A stretch of 64,000 nt of DNA from Asaia bogorensis (GTDB lineage Bacteria > Pseudomonadota > Alphaproteobacteria > Acetobacterales > Acetobacteraceae): the NCBI GenBank assembly GCA_945861095.1, contig CAMATI010000001.1, positions 3,131 to 67,130 on the forward strand, given 5' to 3'. Made by a program: the position numbers and the translations under genes. Below, piece by piece: positions 1 to 9,000 of the stretch. The notes below the pieces were generated by a model that worked only from the letters and a program-made list of their open reading frames with translations, had not been told where the DNA came from and made no database searches. Each line of letters begins with the position of its first letter. Positions within the stretch are counted from its first letter, which is position 1.

Positions 1-127
1 ACACGATCGCCACCCGCCGATCCTGCAACTGTGGACCGGAGACAAACGGCGTTGACGCAAAGTTCGGGCACGGGATAGCGAGCACCGCGTCCCGCGTCGG
101 TTGTGGAATATCCTCGATACGCGCCAT
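1..127 (-). CDS. 5' part of a glycine/sarcosine/betaine/D-proline reductase protein B (GrdB/PrdB)-like protein, running off the left edge
   Basis: Hand translation from ATG at 127: MARIEDIPQPTRDAVLAIPCPNFASTPFVSGPQLQDRRVAIV. GGGAG Shine-Dalgarno just upstream; 14 nt downstream of the esterase stop. The P-C-P...PF..GP.L..RRVAIV pattern resembles N-termini of this family (recognition from memory, only 42 codons visible). Confidence 0.55.
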   Translation of the reverse strand, partial: MARIEDIPQPTRDAVLAIPCPNFASTPFVSGPQLQDRRVAIV

Positions 128-141
128 GTTTGCTCCCACGG

Positions 142-1221
142 TCAGTCGCCCAGAAACCAGTCCATGACCGCACCGTTCTCGTCGCGCGGATAGGCGTGGG
201 ATAGGTCGGCGATCTCTCGATACCTGACGTCGGCCCCCGCCGCCGTCAAGGCATGCGCCGCACCGCGCCCGACCGAAACCGGAAACATCCAGTCCAGGGC
301 ACCATGCGTCAGCATCACCGGCAGGCCACGGATCCGCGCCGGTTCCGTCATCGTCAGCAGCAGCGGGTGAAAACTGGCGGCAACCGGCGCCAGATGGGTA
401 AAGGGCGATGCCTCATCCAGGCCGGACACGAGCGTGAACGTGCCGCCATCGCTCATGCCGGTCAGCATCCGGCGGGCGGGGTCCAAGGCCCAGCGCTGTC
501 CCACCCGGTCCAGGATCGCGTTCAGATTGGCGATATCGACCTCCGGGTCCATCAGCGACCAGGTGTCGCCGACCGCGGTGGGCGCGATCAGAATAGCGCC
601 CCGGGTCCGCGCTTCCCGCATCCACGACCACAGGAACAGGCGACCATGACCCGCCCCGCCATGCAGCGCCATGATCGCCGGCGCCGGGACGGTCGCATCA
701 TTGTATTCTGGCACATACACCGAGAAGCCACCGCGCGAGCCGGTGTCGTTGTCGGCATGCATCACACCGGTATCGTCGCCGGCCTGCCTCAGACGATCCA
801 GCAGGGCCGCGTCGTTGCGGCGTTCCGGTTCCAGGAAATATTGGCTGACCGTCGGCAGGATGGAGGCCAGCGGATACAGCGCCTCCAACGCCCGGTTCAC
901 ATGCCGCATCGCCCGATAGGCACCGAGCATCGGGTTCGCAGTGCCGAGGGCGACGCGCAGACCCTCGCAGGCCCGCAGCGCATGACCGCCGGCCCGTTCC
1001 GCCTGGTCGCGAAAACCGACCAGATTGTCCGGCCAGGCTACGGCGCGAAATTGTTCCATCGCCTGGGCGAGGTTGATGTCGCGATCTTCCAGGGTTTCCA
1101 CCAGCGCCGCCAGATGCGGCGGATGCATGTGGCGCGCGATGGCCCCCAGCCCGTCCAGCGCGCCAAGCAGACGGCCCAGCAACACCGTGGTCGTATCGAG
1201 GATATCGTCACCGCCTGACAT
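142..1221 (-). CDS. Phospholipase/carboxylesterase family alpha/beta hydrolase with a helical N-terminal extension
   Basis: 359 aa ORF. LHGGAGHG oxyanion region, nucleophile elbow TGMSDGG (GxSxG), Asp in HGALDWMFP and His in DLSHAYP give a complete Ser-Asp-His triad. Confidence 0.85.
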   Translation of the reverse strand: MSGGDDILDTTTVLLGRLLGALDGLGAIARHMHPPHLAALVETLEDRDINLAQAMEQFRAVAWPDNLVGFRDQAERAGGHALRACEGLRVALGTANPMLGAYRAMRHVNRALEALYPLASILPTVSQYFLEPERRNDAALLDRLRQAGDDTGVMHADNDTGSRGGFSVYVPEYNDATVPAPAIMALHGGAGHGRLFLWSWMREARTRGAILIAPTAVGDTWSLMDPEVDIANLNAILDRVGQRWALDPARRMLTGMSDGGTFTLVSGLDEASPFTHLAPVAASFHPLLLTMTEPARIRGLPVMLTHGALDWMFPVSVGRGAAHALTAAGADVRYREIADLSHAYPRDENGAVMDWFLGD

Positions 1222-1686
1222 TGGCTGCCCACCGCCCGTTCGAGCGGAACATTAGAGCGGTTTCACGATGGCTGGAAACGGCAAACCGCGGCGGGAAAAA
1301 CAGGGCTGCGGGACCGGTCCGTCGGTGTGCCCCGACGCCACCTGGGCCAAAGTCGCCCGGCCTTCCAGCTCGCTTCCCCCGCGACGCCACGATGGGCAAG
1401 GCGCTACCGACATCCGCCCCCCTGTCCCTTGTTCCGCATGCCGACACGCGTCCTCATCGCGACTTTCGCGTGTCGGCGTGCGACTTCGATGCGCCAATAG
1501 CGGCTTACGCGGCAAAGACAGTGGGGAAATAAGCGTGGCGCGACGGGCATGGACGGGTTGGCCTGGGTTGAGAGTTTCCCTTCAGGTCTAGGTCGGTCAT
1601 CGCGTTCGCGGCAAGTCAAAACCCGGAAAACCCCTGTTTTCGGCGGTTTCCGACGCATATCGGCGCGCGATCGGCCGGTTCTCCGG

Positions 1687-1707
1687 CGTTAACCTTTATG
1701 GTTAACG
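1687..1707. promoter_or_regulatory. Perfect 8-bp inverted repeat CGTTAACC-N5-GGTTAACG, candidate transcription-factor operator
   Basis: Seen directly, in an AT-enriched patch of the 982-bp gap between divergent genes (starts at 1221 and 2204). Function is inferred. Confidence 0.45.
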
Positions 1708-2203
1708 AAACCGTGTCATTCCTGAGATGCACCGTGACCGCATTTTCCGCGTGGCTGCCGGTCTTCCCGGCCGGTCTGAAGGTCGGGCGTCAGACGGTTG
1801 GAAAATCGCGATTTGTTCGGTCTCCTGAGATATCACTTTAAGTCCGGCGCCGCGGGGCAACCATTCCGGCCAGGCGCCGATCCTGGGGGGTATCGTTACG
1901 ATCAGGCGCGGGAACCGGGGGGTATTGTTGCCCTTCCCGGTGATTAACATTTCGGCGGAGAATGTTCCTATTTCACGAACCATCGCATTTCCGAGACCGT
2001 ACCGCCGACCGACCACCGCCCCCCCCACCCCCATCCCCACCGCCACCGGTAGGTCCGGACACCCCATCGGGATTTGGGGCACCGGATCAGACCCGGCGAT
2101 GCTGTAGGGGGGCATCGTTCCATGGTCACGTCCGTTGGTATGATTGTGCGTCGAGCCGAGGCTGGTAGGTTCGCCGGCGCCAACCGGGAAACGGAGAAAG
2201 CCT

Positions 2204-3538
2204 GTGGCCGACGAGTCGAATATCCAGCCGAATATCCCCCTGGCGGACAGGCTGCTGGCGTTGTGGGACCATCTGGGGCTGCGGCGCGCGCATGTCGCCA
2301 CCCAGGTGCCGGCCGATATCGTCGGTCTGGTGGCCGCCCACCCCGACCGCATCGGCGGCCTTGTCCTATGTGCGCCGGCTCGGCTGGATCCCGCCGGGTT
2401 TGCCGGTGTCAGCAAGCGGCTGCTGATGATCGCGGGCGCCTACGGCCTGACCGCGGACCTGGCGGAACGGGCGGTATCGCGGCTGCCGGGGTCCTCCCGT
2501 GTCACCTTGCAAGGGTATGAGGCGCCGGGCTGGGCCGATGTGGTGGCCGACAAGACCGACGCCATCGTCGGCGCCCTGCACGATTTCCTGCCGGCGCAGG
2601 CCGCGACCACGCTGCATGGATCGGCGCGGACCGGCCTGCATGCCGGGATCAGCTATCGGATCGAGGGTTCCGGACCCGCCCTGGTCCTGCTGCCATTTTT
2701 CCTGGCCCCATCCCAATGGGAGCCGGCGATCGCGCGCCTGGCCCGAGACTTCACCGTGGTAGTGCCGGGCGGGCGTCATCTGGGCGGGATCGCCGCGCTG
2801 GAAGACCGCGCGCGGTCCGAAAGCTACCGCGCCATGGTGCGCAATCTGCTGCATGGGATCGCGCCGTCCCCCGGCCATTCGATCCTGGATGTCGGCTGCG
2901 GATCGGGCGCGCTGGACCGGTTGCTGGTGCGATCCGTCGCCGCCGGCTGCGCCATCACCGCCACCGACCTGAACCCGTTCCTGCTGCGGGAAGCCGCGGC
3001 GCTGGCCGCCGAGGACGGGTTGGCGGACGCCATCACGTTCCAGGAAGCGAATGCCGAAAATCTGCCCTTCGACGATGCCTCCTTCGATCACGCGTTCACG
3101 ATCACGGTCCTGGAGGAATGCGACGCCGACCGCGCCCTGGCCGAGTTGTATCGTGTCGTGCGCCCGGGTGGCCGGGTCGGCGTGATCGTCCGCGCGATCG
3201 ACCTGCCGCAATGGTGGCATCTGTCCTTGCCGGATGCCCTGCGCAAGAAGGCCGAAATCCCCCCCCAGTCCGTCGGCCCGCGAGGCGTTGCCGACGCCAG
3301 CCTGTATCGGCGCATGCGCGATGCCGGGTTTGCCGACCTGGCGTGCTCCCCCACGCTGGTGACGTTCGATCAGCCGGGCGGGCCGATCTGGCGGTATCGG
3401 GAAGACCACATCCTGTCGCTGCTGACGCCCGAGGAAACGGTGACCTGGCGTCAGGCAACGGACGCCGCGCGGGCGGACGGGCTGCTTTTCATGGCCAATC
3501 CACTGCATTGCGTGGTGGGGATGAAGCCTGTTTCGTAA
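2204..3538 (+). CDS. Class I SAM-dependent methyltransferase (UbiE-like C-terminal domain) fused to an N-terminal degenerate alpha/beta-hydrolase-like region
   Basis: Start moved to GTG 2204 (GGAGA SD at 2193-2197). SAM motif ILDVGCGSG, post-I TATDLN, motif II region NAENLPFDDASFDHAF. N-terminal part has LALWDHLGLRRAHV, AAHPDRIGGLVL and ISYRIEGSGPALVLL hydrolase-fold segments. Confidence 0.8.
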   Translation: MADESNIQPNIPLADRLLALWDHLGLRRAHVATQVPADIVGLVAAHPDRIGGLVLCAPARLDPAGFAGVSKRLLMIAGAYGLTADLAERAVSRLPGSSRVTLQGYEAPGWADVVADKTDAIVGALHDFLPAQAATTLHGSARTGLHAGISYRIEGSGPALVLLPFFLAPSQWEPAIARLARDFTVVVPGGRHLGGIAALEDRARSESYRAMVRNLLHGIAPSPGHSILDVGCGSGALDRLLVRSVAAGCAITATDLNPFLLREAAALAAEDGLADAITFQEANAENLPFDDASFDHAFTITVLEECDADRALAELYRVVRPGGRVGVIVRAIDLPQWWHLSLPDALRKKAEIPPQSVGPRGVADASLYRRMRDAGFADLACSPTLVTFDQPGGPIWRYREDHILSLLTPEETVTWRQATDAARADGLLFMANPLHCVVGMKPVS

Positions 3539-3562
3539 TGGAATTACGCCAACCGGCCGGAA

Positions 3563-3594
3563 CAATGACAGGAAGCGCCCCCTTACCGTCATTG
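3563..3594. terminator. Small hairpin (caatgac...gtcattg) just after the methyltransferase stop; possible terminator or decayed copy of the neighbouring palindrome
   Basis: 7-bp inverted repeat with an imperfect inner stem; shares the ccgtcattgc core with the 3684 element. No clear U-tract. Confidence 0.3.
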
Positions 3595-3683
3595 CTTCGG
3601 GCAGTTGGTGTTACCAGGAAACGGTTTGAGCGCGAAGCCCGGGGGGAATAACAGCCGACGAAACCAATGCCCCATCGGTGGCC

Positions 3684-3778
3684 GCCGTCATTGCGAGCGC
3701 AGTGAAGCAATCCAGGGCAACCAAAAGGATCGATCGTGCCAGGCCCCTGGATTACTTCGCCGCGCTCGCAATGACGGC
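3684..3778. repeat. Palindromic intergenic element (REP/RPE-like) with 34-bp arms
   Basis: Left arm gccgtcattgcgagcgcagtgaagcaatccaggg pairs with right arm ccctggattacttcgccgcgctcgcaatgacggc with 3 differences. One frame reads RHCERSEAIQ, typical of alphaproteobacterial palindromic repeats. Lies between convergent genes, so it may also act as a terminator. Confidence 0.75.
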
Positions 3779-3914
3779 GCTGCCCTTTGCATCACTGGTT
3801 CGGTCGGTTGATGTAATCCACCACTACGCCCCCGTCGCCAGGTTTGTTCCTATGTCGGAGCCGTCTACTTTCGGCGTCCGGTGACAACATGTTTCGATCT
3901 CGCAAGAGGACCGG

Positions 3915-4715
3915 CTACTTCCGCCGAGCACGCAAGCGTTCGACAGTCTCGCCGATCATGCGGGTGGGTTCATCGGTTTCGAATGCCCTCGCGATGGAAC
4001 GTATCCCCGCCTGGATGGCGTCGCTGACCGGCATCGCCTCCCACTCCCGGATCAGTTCCTTCTGCAACCGGATGGCGCGCGGCCCGGATTCGACGATCGC
4101 GCCGACCCAGGTTTCCACCGCCGCATCCAACTGCGCCGCCGGAACGACTTTCTCCACCAGCCCCCACTCGCCCGCGGTCGCCGCATCGATGTTGTCGCCG
4201 GTGTACAGCAGCACCTTCGTGCGGCCCCAGCCGATCAGTTGCGGCAACAACGCGGCTTCCACCACCGATGGCAGACCGATCTTGACCTCCGGCATGCCGA
4301 ACATCGCGTTGTCGCTGGCGACCCGCATGTCGCACGCGGCCATCACCTCCAGCCCCGCACCGAGGCACCAGCCGTTGACCCGCGCGATCACCGGCACCGG
4401 CAGATCGCGCAGGACCTTGCTCATGTGATGCACCACGGTCAGGAGCTGGCGTGCCTTGGTGGGATTGAGTTCGGCCAGTTCGAACAGATTGGCACCGCCC
4501 ATGAAGGCGCGGTCGCCCTCCCCCGTGACGATCAATGCCCGCAAATCCGGGTCGGTGCCTAGCTCGGAGACCGCATCGATGAATCCGCGCATCTGCGCCT
4601 CGCCCAGTCGGTTCACCTTGCTGGCATTGTTGATCGACACGGTGGCGACATGTCCGTGCGCGCCGCGGCGGTCGATGCGAACCAGCACGGGTGGGGTGTC
4701 CTGGGTGGCGGTCAT
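3915..4715 (-). CDS. Enoyl-CoA hydratase/isomerase (crotonase) family protein
   Basis: Start moved to ATG 4715 (GGAGA SD upstream). Motifs FMGGANL, IARVNGWCLGAGLE and FGMPEVKIGL, with both catalytic Glu positions present. Confidence 0.9.
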   Translation of the reverse strand: MTATQDTPPVLVRIDRRGAHGHVATVSINNASKVNRLGEAQMRGFIDAVSELGTDPDLRALIVTGEGDRAFMGGANLFELAELNPTKARQLLTVVHHMSKVLRDLPVPVIARVNGWCLGAGLEVMAACDMRVASDNAMFGMPEVKIGLPSVVEAALLPQLIGWGRTKVLLYTGDNIDAATAGEWGLVEKVVPAAQLDAAVETWVGAIVESGPRAIRLQKELIREWEAMPVSDAIQAGIRSIARAFETDEPTRMIGETVERLRARRK

Positions 4716-4839
4716 TGCGATACGTCTCCGTTGATTGTCCCTATCCAGACCGGGTGCCACAATCGCGGGCACCTGACCAGACCGATAGAGATCGCCAACC
4801 GGGCCCGATCCATCCGAACCGGGGGTCGCGTCGGGTGCC

Positions 4840-5901
4840 TTATGGCTCCAGCACGGATTTTCCGAAAACGCGCTGGTCCATCAGTTCCCGCATCGCTTCA
4901 ACATACGCGCCCAGCGGACGGACCGCGTGCACGACCGGGGTCAGGCTTCGGTCGGCCACCATTCGTAACAACGTCGCTTGATCGTCCGCGCTCCAGCCAT
5001 TGGACCCGAGGATTTCGATCTCGAACGACCATACGTATCGCAGATCGGTGGCCACGTCGTATCCCGCGCTCGCGCCACAGGTGACCAGCCGGCCGCCGCG
5101 GCCGAGGCACGCCAGGGACTGCGCCCACCCGTGCCCGCCGAGGAAATCGATGACCACATCCACACCGCCGCCGCCCCAGATCGATGGCTTGCCGAAGCGG
5201 CGAACGACCTCCGCGGCATGATCGTTGCGTTCGGAACTGATCGTGTGATGCGCGCCCAGGGCCTGCAACTTGCGCAGGGCTTCATCGGAACCGGCGCAGG
5301 CAATCACCTCCGCCCCGGCCAGACGCGCGAGTTGCACGCAGCAGGTTCCGACGCCGCCTGATGCACCGAGGATCAGCACACGTTCCCCGCGCATGACCCG
5401 CGCACGGGTTGTCATCATGCGGAACGCGGTTCCATAGGCGGTCGGCAGGCAGGCGGCCTGGATGTAGGACACCGCGTCTGGCAGCGACAGCAGCGCCGCC
5501 TGCGGCACGACGCAATATTGGGCGGCCACGCCGGGCAAGGTTTCGCCCATCATGCCTTCCCCGGGGCGGATCGGGATCACGGTGACGCGTTGGCCGGGTC
5601 GCCACCGCTGGGGGTCCACCTTCGCCCCGACCGCCACGATATCGCCCGCACAATCCGCGCAAGGGATCATCGGCAAAGGGGTCGGCAGCCCCGGAATTCC
5701 GCGCAGAACCATCGGATCGAAGCCGTTCAGCGCGACCGCGCGCACCCGAACCAGCACATCGTCCGGGCCGAGCGCGGGCACCGCCACGGTGTCTATCTGG
5801 ATTTGTTCCAGGCCGCCATGCGCACGAAACACCACCGCCTGCATCGACGCTGGACCGGCCGGTTTCCGGTCAATTTCGTAATCGATTGTAACAGCCTGCA
5901 T
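4840..5901 (-). CDS. MDR-superfamily (zinc-binding dehydrogenase/quinone oxidoreductase-like) NAD(P)H oxidoreductase
   Basis: MQAVVFRAHGG start-like segment, VLVRVRAVALNGFD, AACLPTAYGTA, nucleotide-binding VLILGASGGVG, GGRLVTCGA. Start is ATG 5901 or ATG 5844; the ORF-track start 6141 overlaps the PKS and is rejected. Confidence 0.85.
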   Translation of the reverse strand: MQAVTIDYEIDRKPAGPASMQAVVFRAHGGLEQIQIDTVAVPALGPDDVLVRVRAVALNGFDPMVLRGIPGLPTPLPMIPCADCAGDIVAVGAKVDPQRWRPGQRVTVIPIRPGEGMMGETLPGVAAQYCVVPQAALLSLPDAVSYIQAACLPTAYGTAFRMMTTRARVMRGERVLILGASGGVGTCCVQLARLAGAEVIACAGSDEALRKLQALGAHHTISSERNDHAAEVVRRFGKPSIWGGGGVDVVIDFLGGHGWAQSLACLGRGGRLVTCGASAGYDVATDLRYVWSFEIEILGSNGWSADDQATLLRMVADRSLTPVVHAVRPLGAYVEAMRELMDQRVFGKSVLEP

Positions 5902-5906
5902 GGACT

Positions 5907-5939
5907 GAGTTGACTCTCCAAGGCCTGTCCTGTCAACTC
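5907..5939. promoter_or_regulatory. Inverted repeat GAGTTGAC-N17-GTCAACTC; candidate overlapping divergent promoters/operator for the PKS operon and the MDR-ECH genes
   Basis: Perfect 8-bp arms inside the 109-bp gap. Gives TTGACT on + (5910-5915) and TTGACA on - (5936-5931), each followed after 17 bp by TCAACT. Confidence 0.5.
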
Positions 5940-6010
5940 CGCCGCTCCTGACGGGGGACCGGCCTGAATGCTTGGTTCTCGGTCGCGAACGGCGCCAAAG
6001 TGGGGATAGG

Positions 6011-9000
6011 ATGGGGGCTGTAGCGGTCATCGGTATGGCGTGTAGACTGCCCGGGGCCGAAACCTGTGAGCAGTTTTGGACGAACCTGACAGACCGCAAG
6101 GACTGTATCCGAGAGATTCCGCCGGACCGCTGGGATACCAACCGGTATTATTCCCCAGATGCCGGCCAGGACGGGACATCCAACAGCAAATGGGCCGGAT
6201 TGCTGGACCAGGTCGACCGGTTCGACAATCAATTGTTCGGAATCTCGGCGCGTGAGGCACGCAGCATGGACCCGCAACAGCGGCTGCTGCTGGAAGAAGC
6301 CTGGCACTGCCTGGAAGACGCCGGCATCCCGCATGCGCGCCTGCGGGAAAAAGTGACGGCTGTCTATGTCGGCGCGATGACAATCGACTATCACCAAAAT
6401 GTCACGTCACCGTTCGTCGTGCCAGACAGCTATTCATGTCTTGGGAATTATGTCGGCATTCTGGCCAACCGGCTGTCCAATGTCTTCGGCTGGCGCGGCG
6501 AAAGCTACACGCTGGACGCCGCCTGCGCCGGATCCCTGACCGCGCTGCACCAGGCCAGGCGCGCGCTGCTGCTGGGCGAGTGCGACTACGCCGTGGTGGC
6601 GGGCGTCAGTCTGATCATCAACCCATGGCATTATGTCTCGTTCGGCAAATCCCGAATGCTGAGCCCGACCGGGGCCTGCCGCGCCTTCGATCGCGACGCG
6701 AACGGCTACGTGCCCGGCGAAGGCGTGTCCGTGATGCTGCTGTGCCGGGACGACGTGGCGCGGCAAAACGGATACCGCGTGCACGGCAAAGTGCTGGGCA
6801 CCGCAACGGGCCATGTCGGCGCGTCCGACAGCATCACGGCGCCAAGCGTGGCGGCGCAACGGCGGGTTGTGGAGGATGCGGCGGCCGCGGCTGGCGTCGA
6901 CCTCCACACCATTTCCTACATCGAAGCCCACGGCACCGGCACCCCGCTCGGCGATCCGATCGAAGTCGCGGCGCTGACCGAGGCGCTGACCCGGGAAGGC
7001 CCGCGGACGAGCCCCTGCCTGATCGGGTCGGTGAAGACCAGCATTGGCCATCTGGAAGCCGCCGCCGGCCTGGCTGGCGTCGCCAAAGTTCTGCTGATGA
7101 TGCGTCATCGCACCATCGTGCCCACGCTGAACCTTGCCCATACAAACCCATTGATCGACTTTGAAACCGGCCCGCTGCGTCCCGCATCCAGGATCACGCC
7201 GTGGACCGCGCCCATCATGCGAGCCGGCGTCAGTGGTTTCGGCTTCGGCGGCACCAATGCCCATGCCATTCTTGAAGGTGTCGAGCCGCCAGACGACATG
7301 GTATCCCACGACGAAGTGGCGCTGCCGTTTGTCCTGTCCGCCCGGTCAGCGGTAAGCTTTCAGGCGCTGTGGCTGGCCTGGCGGGATTTCGTTGCGACAC
7401 CGGCCTTCGCGGCGATGTCGTTGCGCGATGCCATCGGCACCCTCGCTTTGGGTCGCGAAGCGCTGCCCTATCGGTGGGCCGCTGTCATAGCGGATAAGGC
7501 CGACCTGCGGCGCATGTTCGCCGACGCCCCACCCGAACCCACGAAGTCGGATGGTGCGCCGAACATCCTGGTGCAGTGCGATCGCACCAATCCCGCGGCC
7601 ATGGAGCAGGTGACCCTGATGCGTCGCCTCGGCGTTCAGGTCGTGGCGATTGAATATACGGGATCGGATGACGGAACCGAACAGGCGAACGTCCATGATC
7701 TGCCGTTGTACACCCGCGCAAGTGGACATCTGCGGCTGCCCTGGGCGTTGGATGCGACCTATCTGGCCGCCCTGCGCGACGAACTGCACGCGCCATCCGG
7801 TGCCGATTTCGACAGTCTGGTCCTGCGTTCCCGCGATTTGATCGGCACAAACTTCACCTTCCGCAACTACCTGACCGACTGGCAGCGTGCGCTTGGGCCG
7901 CACGGGGACCCGTTTGCCTGGCTGGAAACGCCGCCCACGGACCACCTGAGTCGTCGGCTGATGTTGCTGGCCCTGACAGCCGCGCATCGCCGATTGCGCC
8001 GACGCTGGCAACTGCCCGATCATTCCGAGTTCACGTCGGAGGCCGGGGACGAACTCAGCGCCCTGATCGCCGATGAACTTCTGCGAGAGGATGAAGCCGT
8101 CGCCCTTTTGACAGGCGCCGCAAGCGATGCCGCTCGGCTTGCGGTGCTGGCGGCGGGACGCGCCCTGAGCGCATGCCGATCGTTCGACTGCCCAATCCTG
8201 GTTCGCCATTCCGCCGAACGCGCGGGCATCGTTGCCATGACGACACCACCCGGCGACCTGACGATCCCGGTGGCCGGGCGCCGTGTTCTGGGCCTGCTGG
8301 CGGAACTCTGGCAGTCCGGTGCGTCGGTCAACTGGGCGGAGTTGGATGCCTCGCGGCGGGTCGTTTCGTTGCCGTTGTATCCGTTTGACACTAGCCGACA
8401 CTGGATCGATCTGCGCCCCGACCTACCCGTACCCGCGGCAGATGCACCCGCGCCGCCGCTGTCCGATTTCGACCAACTGAATGCCTACGCGGCAAACCTT
8501 GTGTTCTTGGCCCTTACGCGCGCCGGGGCAATCACCGAACTCGGCATCGGCCTGGCCCGATCCGCCATCGTTCAACGGTGCCTGCGGCTGCAGAAGCACC
8601 AACCGTTGCTGGACGCCTGTATCGACATTCTGGCTCGGCATAAACTGGTTTCCCTGGATAGCCAACAGGTGCGCGCGCTGACGAACCACAAGGATGCCGC
8701 GGCCAGCGCGGATGGGCTGCGCCGATCCATTGACTCTTCACCTGATCTGGCCGCCATCGCCCGCATCGTCGAAAACTGCGTCAACCGGCTGCCCGATGTC
8801 CTGGGTGGAGACTTACCCGCGGAAGACGTCCTTTTCCCACAAGGACAGACCGAGACGGTCGAACATTTGCTGACCGCATACCAGGACGCACAGGACGCGC
8901 TGGCGGCGACCGCAAGCGCGGTGCTCGTCGCCGTGACCGACCTCCTGGACAATACCGAGGGCCAACGCCTTCGGATCCTGGAAGTCGGCTCCGGCACCGG

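Noticed and set aside
1689-1706. CtrA box
   Set aside because: The TTAA half-sites are 9 bp apart, not the canonical 7.
1222-2203. Riboswitch or tRNA in the long gap (ctgaga occurs twice, as in TPP riboswitches)
   Set aside because: The other conserved TPP, SAM and cobalamin elements and any cloverleaf were not found by eye; an Infernal scan would settle it.
1702-2415. 237-aa minus-strand ORF and other short ORFs in the 1222-2203 gap
   Set aside because: It overlaps the methyltransferase start antisense, crosses the C-tract and shows no family motifs.
3605-3884. Short ORFs 3605-3811 and 3678-3884
   Set aside because: They are read-throughs of the palindromic repeat.
3915-4715. Crotonase as part of a beta-branching cassette
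   Set aside because: No HMG-CoA synthase-like, free ACP or free KS gene in the window, and none of the ACPs has Trp six residues after the GxDS serine.
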